From positions 1-64,000 of the forward strand of contig JAWOEX010000039.1 in NCBI GenBank assembly GCA_046482545.1: DNA of 64,000 nt, written 5' to 3'. This DNA comes from Candidatus Thorarchaeota archaeon (GTDB lineage Archaea; Asgardarchaeota; Thorarchaeia; Thorarchaeales; Thorarchaeaceae). This document shows positions 20,283 through 29,883 of this stretch, piece by piece. The notes beneath the pieces were generated by a model. The model ran no database searches and was not told the origin of the DNA. It was given only the letters and a program-made list of their open reading frames with translations. The position numbers and the translations under genes are program-made. The stretch's first letter is position 1. Each line of letters begins with the position of its first letter.

Positions 20283-21401
20283 ATGGCACTGATTTTACGG
20301 AATAGAACGGACGTAGAAGACTTAGCTCTTGGCTGTACATTCTTTGGTACAGGTGGCGGCGGCGATATGGAGCTCGGTCTGAAGATGCTCTATCCGCATG
20401 TTGATAATGGAGTTGAAATCGAAATAGTCGATGTGGATAACATAGGAGACGACGATTGGCTAGCATGTCCTTACTACTCTGGAACAATCGCTCCACCTAC
20501 ACAGGAGATTCAAGAAAGGAGAACCCGTTTCCCTTGGGATTACTATGAGAAAGAGCTTGCCGAGGGCCTTGCTGCTCTTGAAGAACATATGGGACTCTCA
20601 TTCGCAGCAACCGTTCCCTTTGAGCTCGGTGGAGTAAACACCCCGGCTCCCATAGATGCAGCAGTTAAACATGGCATACCATGTGTTGACGGCGATTATA
20701 CGGGAAGAGCAGTTCCTGAGATTTGCCAGAACACGGTATGCTCAAAGGGATTTTCAATGGCACCTCTTGCTCTGGTCGATTGGTACGGAGACAAAACCAT
20801 CGTTAACGAAATCGTGAATTACGAAATGGGCGAAAGGATATCAAAAGCGGTCAGCGAGGCCGCTTGGGGCCGCGTCGGCAACGTGGGATTTCCAGTTAGA
20901 GGATCTGCGTTCCATGAAGCAGTCATCCCTCGTACATTATCGAATAGCTACAATGTCGGAAGAATCATCCGAGAATCTCGAGAATCTGGAGATAACGCCG
21001 CAGATAGGATAGTCTCTGAGGTAGGCGGATGGATTCTATTCGAAGGCGTCGTCAAGAAGAAGCACTGGGAAAACAGAGAGGGTTACATGTGGGGAGAGAC
21101 AACCATTGAGGGAGAGAGCAGTCTCAAGGATGGATCTACCCTTAAGGTATGGTTCAAGAATGAAAATCACGTAACTTGGCTTGATGGAGAGCCGTGGGTG
21201 ACCAGTCCCGACATCATCGAAATCATAGATAGAAAAACAGGAGAACCAATAACCAATACAGATCTCAAAAAAGGCGACAAAGTCAGCGTAATCGGAATGA
21301 AAGCGCCCAACAGACTTAGGGAACCAAATGCAGTTAAAGTGCTTTCACCGAAATATTTCGGATTTGACATAGAATACAGGAGAATAGAAAACATAGTATA
21401 A
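20283..21401 (+). CDS. DUF917 family protein, second paralog
   Basis: FGTGGGGD, PFELGGVN, VDGDYTGRAVPE, FKNEN, SPDII; AAGGAGG RBS before ATG 20283. Confidence 0.88.
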   Translation: MALILRNRTDVEDLALGCTFFGTGGGGDMELGLKMLYPHVDNGVEIEIVDVDNIGDDDWLACPYYSGTIAPPTQEIQERRTRFPWDYYEKELAEGLAALEEHMGLSFAATVPFELGGVNTPAPIDAAVKHGIPCVDGDYTGRAVPEICQNTVCSKGFSMAPLALVDWYGDKTIVNEIVNYEMGERISKAVSEAAWGRVGNVGFPVRGSAFHEAVIPRTLSNSYNVGRIIRESRESGDNAADRIVSEVGGWILFEGVVKKKHWENREGYMWGETTIEGESSLKDGSTLKVWFKNENHVTWLDGEPWVTSPDIIEIIDRKTGEPITNTDLKKGDKVSVIGMKAPNRLREPNAVKVLSPKYFGFDIEYRRIENIV

Positions 21402-21462
21402 GATGAACTGGGATTCAATGCAGCGGTATTCGCTGCGCTCCCAGCTTTTTTCTTTGCACCAT

Positions 21463-22167
21463 TCAGCTTGATTTCAGCAATACTTCGTAATGTTTGCGAT
21501 GCCAATTTGGTTCTTTCACAACTGTGATTCGGGGGTAGTCATTCATGAAGAATTTCACGGGGTGCTCTTCAGGATCTTCGCCTTCTTTCCGCATAATCCT
21601 CTTGGCATGGCCAATCAGCTTCGTCACCCATTCCTTCAAATGCCGGCGTTCCCGCTCAAGATTGCCTTCATGATTCTCAATGTAATGCTGAATCTTCCAA
21701 GCTATTTTCCTATTATACCAAGCACCAACAGTCCATGCTCCAAACAAGAATGCCCCAGCACCTATGGCAAATGGAAACGCAATCCATTCCAAATGACTCC
21801 AGTTGAAAACCCATGTAAGAACAAGAAGAGGGAAGGCGATGGTTATTGTTATCAGTGCGGTTGTCTGAATGATTTGACGCCTTGTCAAAAGCTTCTTGAC
21901 TCCGGGAACTTGTGGACCAACACCAGCAAACTTGTGTAGCACAGCACGGATTACCTTGTACTGCTTCATGAAGCTTCTAGGCAGTTCGCCCTCACCAATT
22001 CCCTTCTCAATGAATGATAGATCGTAGGTTCGATGAATTCGATATCCATCAAGAACCGTGATTAGGTCCTTGGTCCATTTGAGATCAAGACCACTGGGCG
22101 AGAATTCAAAGTCATCGAGATTGATTTTCACCTTTTTTGCGGGTTTCTTCTTTATCGAATGACTCAT
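21463..22167 (-). CDS. Hypothetical protein with two TM helices
   Basis: 234-aa ORF with a central hydrophobic hairpin. Confidence 0.7.
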   Translation of the reverse strand: MSHSIKKKPAKKVKINLDDFEFSPSGLDLKWTKDLITVLDGYRIHRTYDLSFIEKGIGEGELPRSFMKQYKVIRAVLHKFAGVGPQVPGVKKLLTRRQIIQTTALITITIAFPLLVLTWVFNWSHLEWIAFPFAIGAGAFLFGAWTVGAWYNRKIAWKIQHYIENHEGNLERERRHLKEWVTKLIGHAKRIMRKEGEDPEEHPVKFFMNDYPRITVVKEPNWHRKHYEVLLKSS

Positions 22168-22304
22168 AGTAGAAGCCTCAGAAGCTACTCAGAGGTATTT
22201 TCGTATTAATCCTTCCGATTAAGGTTATGCTGAGAGCTTATTGTATAGCGAAGGTCTAAAAAGGAATATAGATGCTCCAAAGGAATAGCGGTTAGGTCTA
22301 CAAG

Positions 22305-23231
22305 ATGCCAGTTGATGAATCAAACGAAGGATACGAATACGTTGGAAAACACCCATATGAGCCATCAAAAGACGAACTTCAAATCTCTCCTAACGCAATT
22401 CATTTTTCATTGGAAAGAGAAAAGCGATTTCGGACGTACACCACAGAATACGACGTTCTCTGGAATGATATAATATCTTATGAGAGTTGCGAAGTAATGC
22501 TCTGTGAGGATGACAAGAGCTGGCCGATTGATGAACCTCTTCCCGAGAATTTTGAGCCAATAAATCCCGCCAGTATGCTTTTCATTTTTCTACTGCCTGC
22601 TGAAGATGAGTTTTTCCAGATTTGGGCATACTTCTCCAAAGAAGATACAGCTAGAGTCCGAGACATAGTTGAAAGATATCTTGGAAGGCCGCAACTCCCA
22701 AGATTAGCACATCACGCTACAGCAGCAGCAGTGAGATACATATTGGATCGCTCTACAATCATTCACTCATTTGATGCCAAATGGCATGATTGGTTAAGGA
22801 AAGGACCAAACAAGAAACCCAGAGGCGGTAAGTGGCGTGAGCGGGGGCCAACATACATCTTCGCTCAAGAGGGTATGGCGATTGACTTCTATGGTGCTGG
22901 ATCCCAGCTAGAACAAATGTCTTCCTTTTGGCCTTGGCGATATATTGAGGAAATCTACCTTGACGGGGATTTCATTTGCTACCAATGGTACGATGAAATC
23001 TATACATTTAGACAACAGGTATTTGATGAGAAAGCTAGACGCGAAATCCTTGAAGCAGCACAGGATACACTTGGAATATATGAAGAAAAAACCGAGGTAG
23101 AACAATTTCTCTTGATTAGGCCTTGGTCCTTCCCTTCTAGATTTCACCGCACTTGGGATAAGCTAGAGCCTTTTGCTTCAAAAGCAAGCCGCAACGGTTT
23201 CCCCCCAATCTATGATTTTGAGGAAGAATAG
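22305..23231 (+). CDS. Hypothetical protein, possibly tandem PH-like domains
   Basis: 308-aa ORF; two segments with PH-like pattern (LQISPNAIHF...VLWNDI; YIFAQEGMAI...WPWRYIEEI). Confidence 0.65.
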   Translation: MPVDESNEGYEYVGKHPYEPSKDELQISPNAIHFSLEREKRFRTYTTEYDVLWNDIISYESCEVMLCEDDKSWPIDEPLPENFEPINPASMLFIFLLPAEDEFFQIWAYFSKEDTARVRDIVERYLGRPQLPRLAHHATAAAVRYILDRSTIIHSFDAKWHDWLRKGPNKKPRGGKWRERGPTYIFAQEGMAIDFYGAGSQLEQMSSFWPWRYIEEIYLDGDFICYQWYDEIYTFRQQVFDEKARREILEAAQDTLGIYEEKTEVEQFLLIRPWSFPSRFHRTWDKLEPFASKASRNGFPPIYDFEEE

Positions 23232-23424
23232 ATGTTAAGGCCAAACTGAAATCCATTCCTTCTCACAATGGAATGATGCCAGTAGACTAACTCTCTTTGT
23301 TCAATTTCTGCTACTCGGGCTTATAGAAGTACCAGTAATATGTGGTCCTTCACATGGTACATCTTAGGAGTTTTAGAATAGGTCCTTGATTGAAGAGAAA
23401 CCATTCTTGAAAAAATAAAGGGAC

Positions 23425-23449
23425 GAAAGAGAGCTTGCTGCTCTCTTTC
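23425..23449 (-). terminator. Terminator-like hairpin after APC permease
   Basis: Perfect 10-bp stem gaaagagagc/gctctctttc with a T-rich tract downstream on the minus strand. Confidence 0.6.
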
Positions 23450-23458
23450 TTAGACTGT

Positions 23459-25000
23459 TTACTCTGGTGGAAGTTGTCCAAATATGGCGGCCATGTCAAT
23501 GCCGTCTGCTTTCAACTGCCTACCGTAGTAGATGTACATTATCTGCGCGAATATATAGAGTCCCACAGTAAATAATGTCTCAAACGCTACGCCTGGTGAA
23601 GGCACGAAGCTGACAACGGCATAGAAGAAGACTGCACCACTGACCAAACCGGCTATAGAGACGACTGGTATGCCTGCAATCTCCCACGCTCCGCTTCTCT
23701 CCCAGAGATGTGGCCTATAATATGGTAGCGACACTTCTACAAGTGCAAACTGCCATCTGATGAACACGTAGGTGAATGCGACACCAATGGCAACATAGAT
23801 GTCGAAGACTAGCGACATAACTACCATTACAATCTGTACTATCAGCCAGAAATAGAGAGAGATGTGCGGGACATGGTATTTCGGATGTACCTTGGCGAAA
23901 GCCTCGGGACAGAGCCGATCCATTGCCATAGCATGGAATGGTCTTGTTACCCACAATGCATTGCTGGGGGAGTCAAGAACACTCGCATACAATGGCGAGG
24001 CCACAACGAACCACGCAAGAGGAGTGTTACCAAGAATCACTGCTGCGAAATTGCCAAAACCTGGGAACATCACGCCTGAGGCATTAACTGCATAAAGGAA
24101 ATTACCCATGCACTGCTCTAGCGCGATTGTTGAAAACAGGAATGTGGCACCGATTCCAATAACACCACCGACTGTACTTAAGGGGATATTCTTGCTCGGC
24201 TGTGAAACTTCTCCAGCCACGGGCATAATGAGATACGGCCACATGATACCGACCGCAGTAGTAAGCGCAGCGCCTACTGCTGTCCAATCCAATGTTTCAA
24301 ATGCAGAAGTATCAATAGCACTAATCGTATCCCATTGATTCTCTGTAGCATCAAACACTCCATTCCATATTGTTTCTGTCATTGGATTCATCAACATAAC
24401 TATGTCCGATATAATGAGTGCTCCAATGTTGACAATTCCGAGAATGACAAAAAAGTAACCGAGGTGTTTCACGCTAAGGTATGAGAATATGAAGCCCACA
24501 AAGGTCAAGACTAGCGCAACTATCACCAGCCATAACTGTCCTTCAAAAGTGTCAGACAGCAATAGCCCCCCGATATTGATAAGCATCTCGCTATCAGAGG
24601 CATTACCCATGACAACGACACCGCCTGCGAAGACCTTCGTAGCAAAGAAGCTAGACGATCCTCTAAACACGGGGTTGGCAATTACGCTTCTCCAGCCTTC
24701 CATAACACCAAATATCGGACTCAATCCTCTACCTGCAAAGTGGTACGAGGCTCCAGACCGAGGCATTGAGAGCATCAGGCACATAGTGCCGACACCCTCA
24801 AACAGAATTGCGAACGTTCCAACAGCGAACGTTGGCGTCAGGTGTGCTCCTGGGAACCAGGTGCTAATCTGTGGTGCTACATAATGGAAGTACGGCCCTA
24901 ATGTAAGCGCAATTGGTAGAATCAACGCGAACGCAGAACCGACTTCCTTCACGAGGCCGGAAGATTCCCTTACAAAAAGTAGCTCTTCCTCTTCGCTCAA
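23459..25000 (-). CDS. APC family amino acid/amine permease
   Basis: FVRESSGLVKE, SMPRSGASY, AGEVSQPSKNIP, AMAMDR..P..FAKVHPKYHVP; about 12 TM. Confidence 0.92.
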   Translation of the reverse strand: MSEEEELLFVRESSGLVKEVGSAFALILPIALTLGPYFHYVAPQISTWFPGAHLTPTFAVGTFAILFEGVGTMCLMLSMPRSGASYHFAGRGLSPIFGVMEGWRSVIANPVFRGSSSFFATKVFAGGVVVMGNASDSEMLINIGGLLLSDTFEGQLWLVIVALVLTFVGFIFSYLSVKHLGYFFVILGIVNIGALIISDIVMLMNPMTETIWNGVFDATENQWDTISAIDTSAFETLDWTAVGAALTTAVGIMWPYLIMPVAGEVSQPSKNIPLSTVGGVIGIGATFLFSTIALEQCMGNFLYAVNASGVMFPGFGNFAAVILGNTPLAWFVVASPLYASVLDSPSNALWVTRPFHAMAMDRLCPEAFAKVHPKYHVPHISLYFWLIVQIVMVVMSLVFDIYVAIGVAFTYVFIRWQFALVEVSLPYYRPHLWERSGAWEIAGIPVVSIAGLVSGAVFFYAVVSFVPSPGVAFETLFTVGLYIFAQIMYIYYGRQLKADGIDMAAIFGQLPPE

Positions 25001-25328
25001 TTTGCGTTCTTCTCCTTTTCCTTGTTCTCTTTCACGTTGTCGACGTGAATCGACACCTTACGACTCTTTACAAACTAGGTTAAAAACCTTCGCCAGAATT
25101 GCTTATATACGACTTTAACAAAGACTAATCTGTTTTCTTTAAGATTATTGAATCTACAAGGCGGTTCCTCAAGGAAGAAAGGTCGTTCAGGCATATGCTA
25201 GTTGGAGTGTATTAAGACCCTACAGACAAAGAAAGAGCCCGCGGATATGGCCTCTAGGTTAGGAATCCATAACTAATTTACATAGCATGCTGATTTGTAG
25301 CTGGAACATTACAAATTCAGCTGCACCC

Positions 25329-26567
25329 TCATAGTGTTCTAGGTTCCATTGAAATCCTTTCATCTACGTAATCCTGCCACTCAAGACCAGTGGTTTCCTC
25401 TAGTGTAGCAACAAGGTCCGATGTGATGATCTTCTCAGCCTTGATTTCCTTCTGAGCAAAACTATAAAGAAATTCAAGAAAGCTTTCCTTCCCAATTTTC
25501 TCACGAATTTCATGAAAAATCAATGCACCATATACATAGAATACTGTCTTAGCCTTGGGATGCTGTCTTCGAATCTCTTTAATCGGGGGTAGCGATTCCT
25601 CCTCTCTTAGAGCATCTCTGAGACCTTGAATCGAGTCTTCAAAATACTCTTCACCCAAGATATTTTCACATGCCAACCGAGCCGTGTATTCAGCAAGAGC
25701 CTCATCAATCCAATTATGATAGTCCTCGACAGTGGTTTTCCTCCACCAGAAATGAGCATACTCATGGGCCCAGTATTTGAGGATCGATTTTTTCTTGCTT
25801 TCCGTTATATCATCACCAATATCGTCCTGCAGAACAACTAATCCGCTTCGAGAATACCCGCCGCCAAAATCTCGAGATACAAGCACGATTTTCAAATCAT
25901 CGTTGTCAGTTGGTCCCAACCAATTTCTAATCAGCTTCTTGAACGGTTTGAAATCAGCTTCAAGTGGGCGAAGCGATTTAAGATTGCGTGGGGATCCCCA
26001 GAACAAATCACTATCATCTGGTGAAATGGCATCCTGCGCGGGTCTTCCGTGAAGAGTAATGTCTATTCGCGGAGATTTCGATTGCCAGATAAGCAGGTCG
26101 TCTGAAACTTGCGGAGCATTTGCAATCCAAGTCCAGTCCTCAGGAGCATTGAGATGTAAACGGTAGGATATGCGATCACTAAAAGAAGTTATGGGATACC
26201 AAAGGCCGTATATCGCTAACTCGATAAACTTTTCCCGTATTCTGCTTGTGTCAAAGAAATATCTGTAAAGGCGTCCCTGATATTCAACGCGAATATCAAT
26301 AGAATTCTGCTGTTGAAGTTCCTCTGGAATTCTAATCTCGTAAGACGCTGCAGGCATGAAAACATCATCAGGAGGACGCTGCTCGGTGAACTCTAATTTC
26401 TGAAAGCCATTATCGGAGGTGTATTCTATGTTGAGCAATTCAAAACAGGGATTGAGCAACAGGTCCACTGTATCATCAAACCCTGAAGCAACTACAAGCC
26501 CCTCTACATGCAAGAATGAATCCTCCGGGCGAATATCGGCTTTCAAATCCAAGTGCTTTACTGGCAA
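25329..26567 (-). CDS. M1-family (gluzincin) metallopeptidase
   Basis: HEYAHFWW...NWIDEALAEY, FYVYGALIF. Confidence 0.88.
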   Translation of the reverse strand: MPVKHLDLKADIRPEDSFLHVEGLVVASGFDDTVDLLLNPCFELLNIEYTSDNGFQKLEFTEQRPPDDVFMPAASYEIRIPEELQQQNSIDIRVEYQGRLYRYFFDTSRIREKFIELAIYGLWYPITSFSDRISYRLHLNAPEDWTWIANAPQVSDDLLIWQSKSPRIDITLHGRPAQDAISPDDSDLFWGSPRNLKSLRPLEADFKPFKKLIRNWLGPTDNDDLKIVLVSRDFGGGYSRSGLVVLQDDIGDDITESKKKSILKYWAHEYAHFWWRKTTVEDYHNWIDEALAEYTARLACENILGEEYFEDSIQGLRDALREEESLPPIKEIRRQHPKAKTVFYVYGALIFHEIREKIGKESFLEFLYSFAQKEIKAEKIITSDLVATLEETTGLEWQDYVDERISMEPRTL

Positions 26568-26656
26568 TGCAATACCACTTCCAGAGCTTTGTAGAGGGTA
26601 TCTCTAATTTTCGAAATGGAAGTAAGGAAACAACTGATGTCGAATGTATTTGAGAG

Positions 26657-27439
26657 TTACTTCGCTAATGTGTCAAAGAAATTCTCGTCAAGAAGGAGAA
26701 CCTCAACTTTGCGTGATTTAACACCTGTTCTGCTTTCAATTAGTACGTTCAGGATGATTTCAATATCCATTAGGTGAACCGGTGGAACCGAAATTTTACA
26801 TCCTCCAGGCTCATAACCAAGAGCTTCATCTCGCCCCTCCTCGTTGACAACACCATTAGTTATCAGCACACCCTGATTCGCTTTGTACTTGGGTAGCATT
26901 CCGCGAATCTTCTGAATGGTATCAGGACCAATTTCCTCATTAAGATTGCACTTCTTAACATGAAATACAACTGTTGACTCGCCAGAATCGTCACGCCATG
27001 AATTAAGGAATACCACAGTATTATCATATCGTTCTACTGGCGACAGTTCCTCATCGTGTTCCACTCTTGCTCGAATGTTGACCATTACAATCTTGGCCAA
27101 CTCAACGAAGCCCTCAAATGAAAGCTCAGCAATTCTCTTACGAATCTTCGCACGTGTAGCCTTGTTGAAGTCTTCAGCTCTACTACTAACTTCCGAGATT
27201 AACTCTTCGTCTATCGCACCCTCACAAAGATCATTGTACCTATAGAGCCCAGGCGCAACCCTAACGAAATAAGCGGGCCTGTTCTCTTCCTGTGCATTCC
27301 GTTTCTCGATGGAAAGCGAAGCAGAAACCGATCTTGGGTCTCTACCCATCTCCTCAGCTATGTCTCTGTAGTGAATAGGATCGTCTCTTGCATTCTTTGC
27401 GAGCCATTCTTTCAATGTTGTTCGATTACTTTCGGTCAT
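26657..27439 (-). CDS. HARE-HTH plus Mrr-like restriction endonuclease-fold protein
   Basis: PIHYRDI...SVSASL...FVRVAPGLY (HARE-HTH); LSFEGFVEL, IGPDTIQKIRG, QGVLITNG, VHLMD (Mrr_cat-like). Confidence 0.75.
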   Translation of the reverse strand: MTESNRTTLKEWLAKNARDDPIHYRDIAEEMGRDPRSVSASLSIEKRNAQEENRPAYFVRVAPGLYRYNDLCEGAIDEELISEVSSRAEDFNKATRAKIRKRIAELSFEGFVELAKIVMVNIRARVEHDEELSPVERYDNTVVFLNSWRDDSGESTVVFHVKKCNLNEEIGPDTIQKIRGMLPKYKANQGVLITNGVVNEEGRDEALGYEPGGCKISVPPVHLMDIEIILNVLIESRTGVKSRKVEVLLLDENFFDTLAK

Positions 27440-27634
27440 TTAACTCACTCGCCAGAGCCGGTTTCTGCATAATTTAGCTAATCAGGAATCAGAAGATTAC
27501 ACATTAATGTTTGCAATCAGTATATTTACGATTCTTCCGCCTAGATTTTTATCGTACATACGACCAGGATGCCCAATCTACAGCTTAATATATTTTAATC
27601 GACAAATATATCCAAAAGCAAAGGAGAATCATCA

Positions 27635-27928
27635 TTGCCGGAAATGTTCGTAAAGCTTCTCAATAAAGGCTTGAAACCCCATGAGCATAATAGGTTCAGC
27701 TTTGAAACAAAAGAGAACGCAACTGTGAGAGAGCTAATGCAGGACCTGTATGAATCGTATCAAGACAGGTTCGAGGTTTATCTAGACGAGCAGGATAACA
27801 CCACTCTTCGAAGAGAAGCAATTGTTCTCGTTAATGGTCAAAATATGGTTGCACACCAAGGTTATGATACACAGCTGAAAGATGGTGATGTTGTCGTCTT
27901 CATGATAGCCGCTGTTGGCGGGTCTTAA
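27635..27928 (+). CDS. MoaD/ThiS/SAMP ubiquitin-like protein
   Basis: ATVRELM, VLVNGQN, TQLKDGDVV, C-terminal AVGGS. Confidence 0.88.
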   Translation: MPEMFVKLLNKGLKPHEHNRFSFETKENATVRELMQDLYESYQDRFEVYLDEQDNTTLRREAIVLVNGQNMVAHQGYDTQLKDGDVVVFMIAAVGGS

Positions 27929-28000
27929 GGCATTGAATCGTACTAAAACTCAACCCTAAGGTACTGACTATTCAGTTCTGATCTAGGATGGTAATTCACA

Positions 28001-28618
28001 CTAGGGGTTAGAAGGCAGGTCATTGCGGCCGACCCGGTTTTCCAACTGTTTAAGAAAGAACCGGACATAGTGGAGCGGAAGATGTAGGTCAAGCAGGTCT
28101 TGTTCAATATCCTTAAGTGAATCGTCCTCCCCTGCAATCTGCGAAGCATAGGTAAACACGAATTCTTTCAGTTCCCAAGGGTAAACAATCCAAGAACGCG
28201 TCTTTTCGACGTAGAAATCAGGAACTAAGTCAGTTCCGGGTTTCATGTGTAAGCAAGCTGTCTTCATGTTGCTAAGGCCCCTGCCACGAAGATGCTCCAG
28301 TGCAGCTATCATGCTTTCTCCAGAATCGGATACATCGTCCACAACCAAGGGATTTGTCCAATCACGACCCTCTGGAATCGACTGGCTCACTTTAGGACCT
28401 TCGTCTTGAGCGAAGATTCCTCGGTAGAGGTCCACCTTCACGTTTGCTGTTTGATTCATGAAGAATAGATCTGACAGGACTCGTGCTGGAACCCAACCAC
28501 CCCGAGCAATCCCGATTATGACATCAGGGACGAAATCCGATGAGTGGATTTTTTCATAGAGCCTAAAGCAGAGCTCGTAGAGCCTTTCCCACCAAACGAA
28601 TGAAAAACTGGTCTCCAT
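28001..28618 (-). CDS. Type I phosphoribosyltransferase (purine PRT-like)
   Basis: IIGIARGGWVP, LVVDDVSDSGES, WIVYPWE. Confidence 0.9.
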   Translation of the reverse strand: METSFSFVWWERLYELCFRLYEKIHSSDFVPDVIIGIARGGWVPARVLSDLFFMNQTANVKVDLYRGIFAQDEGPKVSQSIPEGRDWTNPLVVDDVSDSGESMIAALEHLRGRGLSNMKTACLHMKPGTDLVPDFYVEKTRSWIVYPWELKEFVFTYASQIAGEDDSLKDIEQDLLDLHLPLHYVRFFLKQLENRVGRNDLPSNP

Positions 28619-28686
28619 ACTTTGACATCTGAACGCTGAGTATAAACTTTATCGACCAAACTCACGAAGTTGTACAATTCGAAATC

Positions 28687-29883
28687 CTAGTCCTCAGGGA
28701 AGTAATAGGGATCCAAGATCTCTTCGTCTTCAAGCCCAGCAGAAACCGCCAGAAGCTCAGCCACATCAAGGACTCTCATATGAACATCTTCAAGGTACGT
28801 AGCGTGAGTGAGATTGAGTTCGCAAGCGGGACATATAGTGGTAAGCAATTCTGCTCCCGTTTCTAATGCATCTTCGAGGCGCTCTACCGCTATTTGGTTT
28901 GAGGCATCTTCATCCATGATTTTAATTGCACCTCCACCACCACAGCAGAAAGCTTCCTCTCGGTTTCGACTCATTTCTACAAGCTCAAGACCTGGTATTG
29001 CCTTCAGGGCATTTCGAGCCGGTTCATAGATATCTCGATATCTACCTATCTCGCAAGGGTCGTGGTAGGTTACAGACTTGTTTATTTCATTCTTCAACTT
29101 GAGCTTATTCTCATTGACTATCTCTTCAAGCACTTCGCTTGTATGTCTAACCTTGATTGGAAATTCCTCTAGACCAAGTAGCTCGGGATATACCTCATCA
29201 AACGCCCTGAAACAGCTCGGACACGGTGTAATGATTTCTTCTACTTCGCGTTCCTCAAGCCTTTCCATTAAGTTTTCAGCCCATTCTTCGGCCCTTGCAT
29301 CTTTTCCAGTCACCCAGAAAGGTGTCCCACAGCAAGTTTTCTCGTCATTGAGAAAATCCAGTTCATATCCAGATGCTTGGAGTACTCGCACTAGGATTCT
29401 TGTTTTCTCCTTGAAACGATGACTTGCAAGACAGCCAGGGAAAAATAGTACTCCAGAATCTTCTGTAAATTCAAGGCCTTCTGCCCACTCGGTATGGGAT
29501 TCAGCGGTATCAGCGAAGATGTTGCCGCGTTCTAATGCGGTTTCAGCCATGTTATCTCCGCCTTCAGGAATTGCAATACCCTCATCAACGAAGTCAGCGC
29601 GCATAGCTTTTGTGATAGCAAGTATGTCAATTTGAGCAGCTTTCTTGCATTCTTCAGCACATCGACCACACATGAAACACCCGAATATTCGTGGAATCAA
29701 ATCTTCAGTGTACTCCAATTCACCTTCTAAGAGCCCACGGGCAATAGCCATTTTTCCTCGCCCAGTAGATGATTCCCATCGCTGTAGCGCGAGCTGGGGA
29801 CACCTATTGTCGAAATCAAAACCCCGGCAGAAATTGCATCGGCCGCAGGCATAGATCATATCAGTGTAATTCTCGATTCTCAA
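28687..29883 (-). CDS. GlcF/HdrD-like Fe-S oxidoreductase with two CCG domains
   Basis: CGRCNFC, CFMCGRCAEEC, FPGC..TCCG..CPSC, YHDPC..CCGGGG..CPAC. Confidence 0.9.
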   Translation of the reverse strand: MRIENYTDMIYACGRCNFCRGFDFDNRCPQLALQRWESSTGRGKMAIARGLLEGELEYTEDLIPRIFGCFMCGRCAEECKKAAQIDILAITKAMRADFVDEGIAIPEGGDNMAETALERGNIFADTAESHTEWAEGLEFTEDSGVLFFPGCLASHRFKEKTRILVRVLQASGYELDFLNDEKTCCGTPFWVTGKDARAEEWAENLMERLEEREVEEIITPCPSCFRAFDEVYPELLGLEEFPIKVRHTSEVLEEIVNENKLKLKNEINKSVTYHDPCEIGRYRDIYEPARNALKAIPGLELVEMSRNREEAFCCGGGGAIKIMDEDASNQIAVERLEDALETGAELLTTICPACELNLTHATYLEDVHMRVLDVAELLAVSAGLEDEEILDPYYFPED

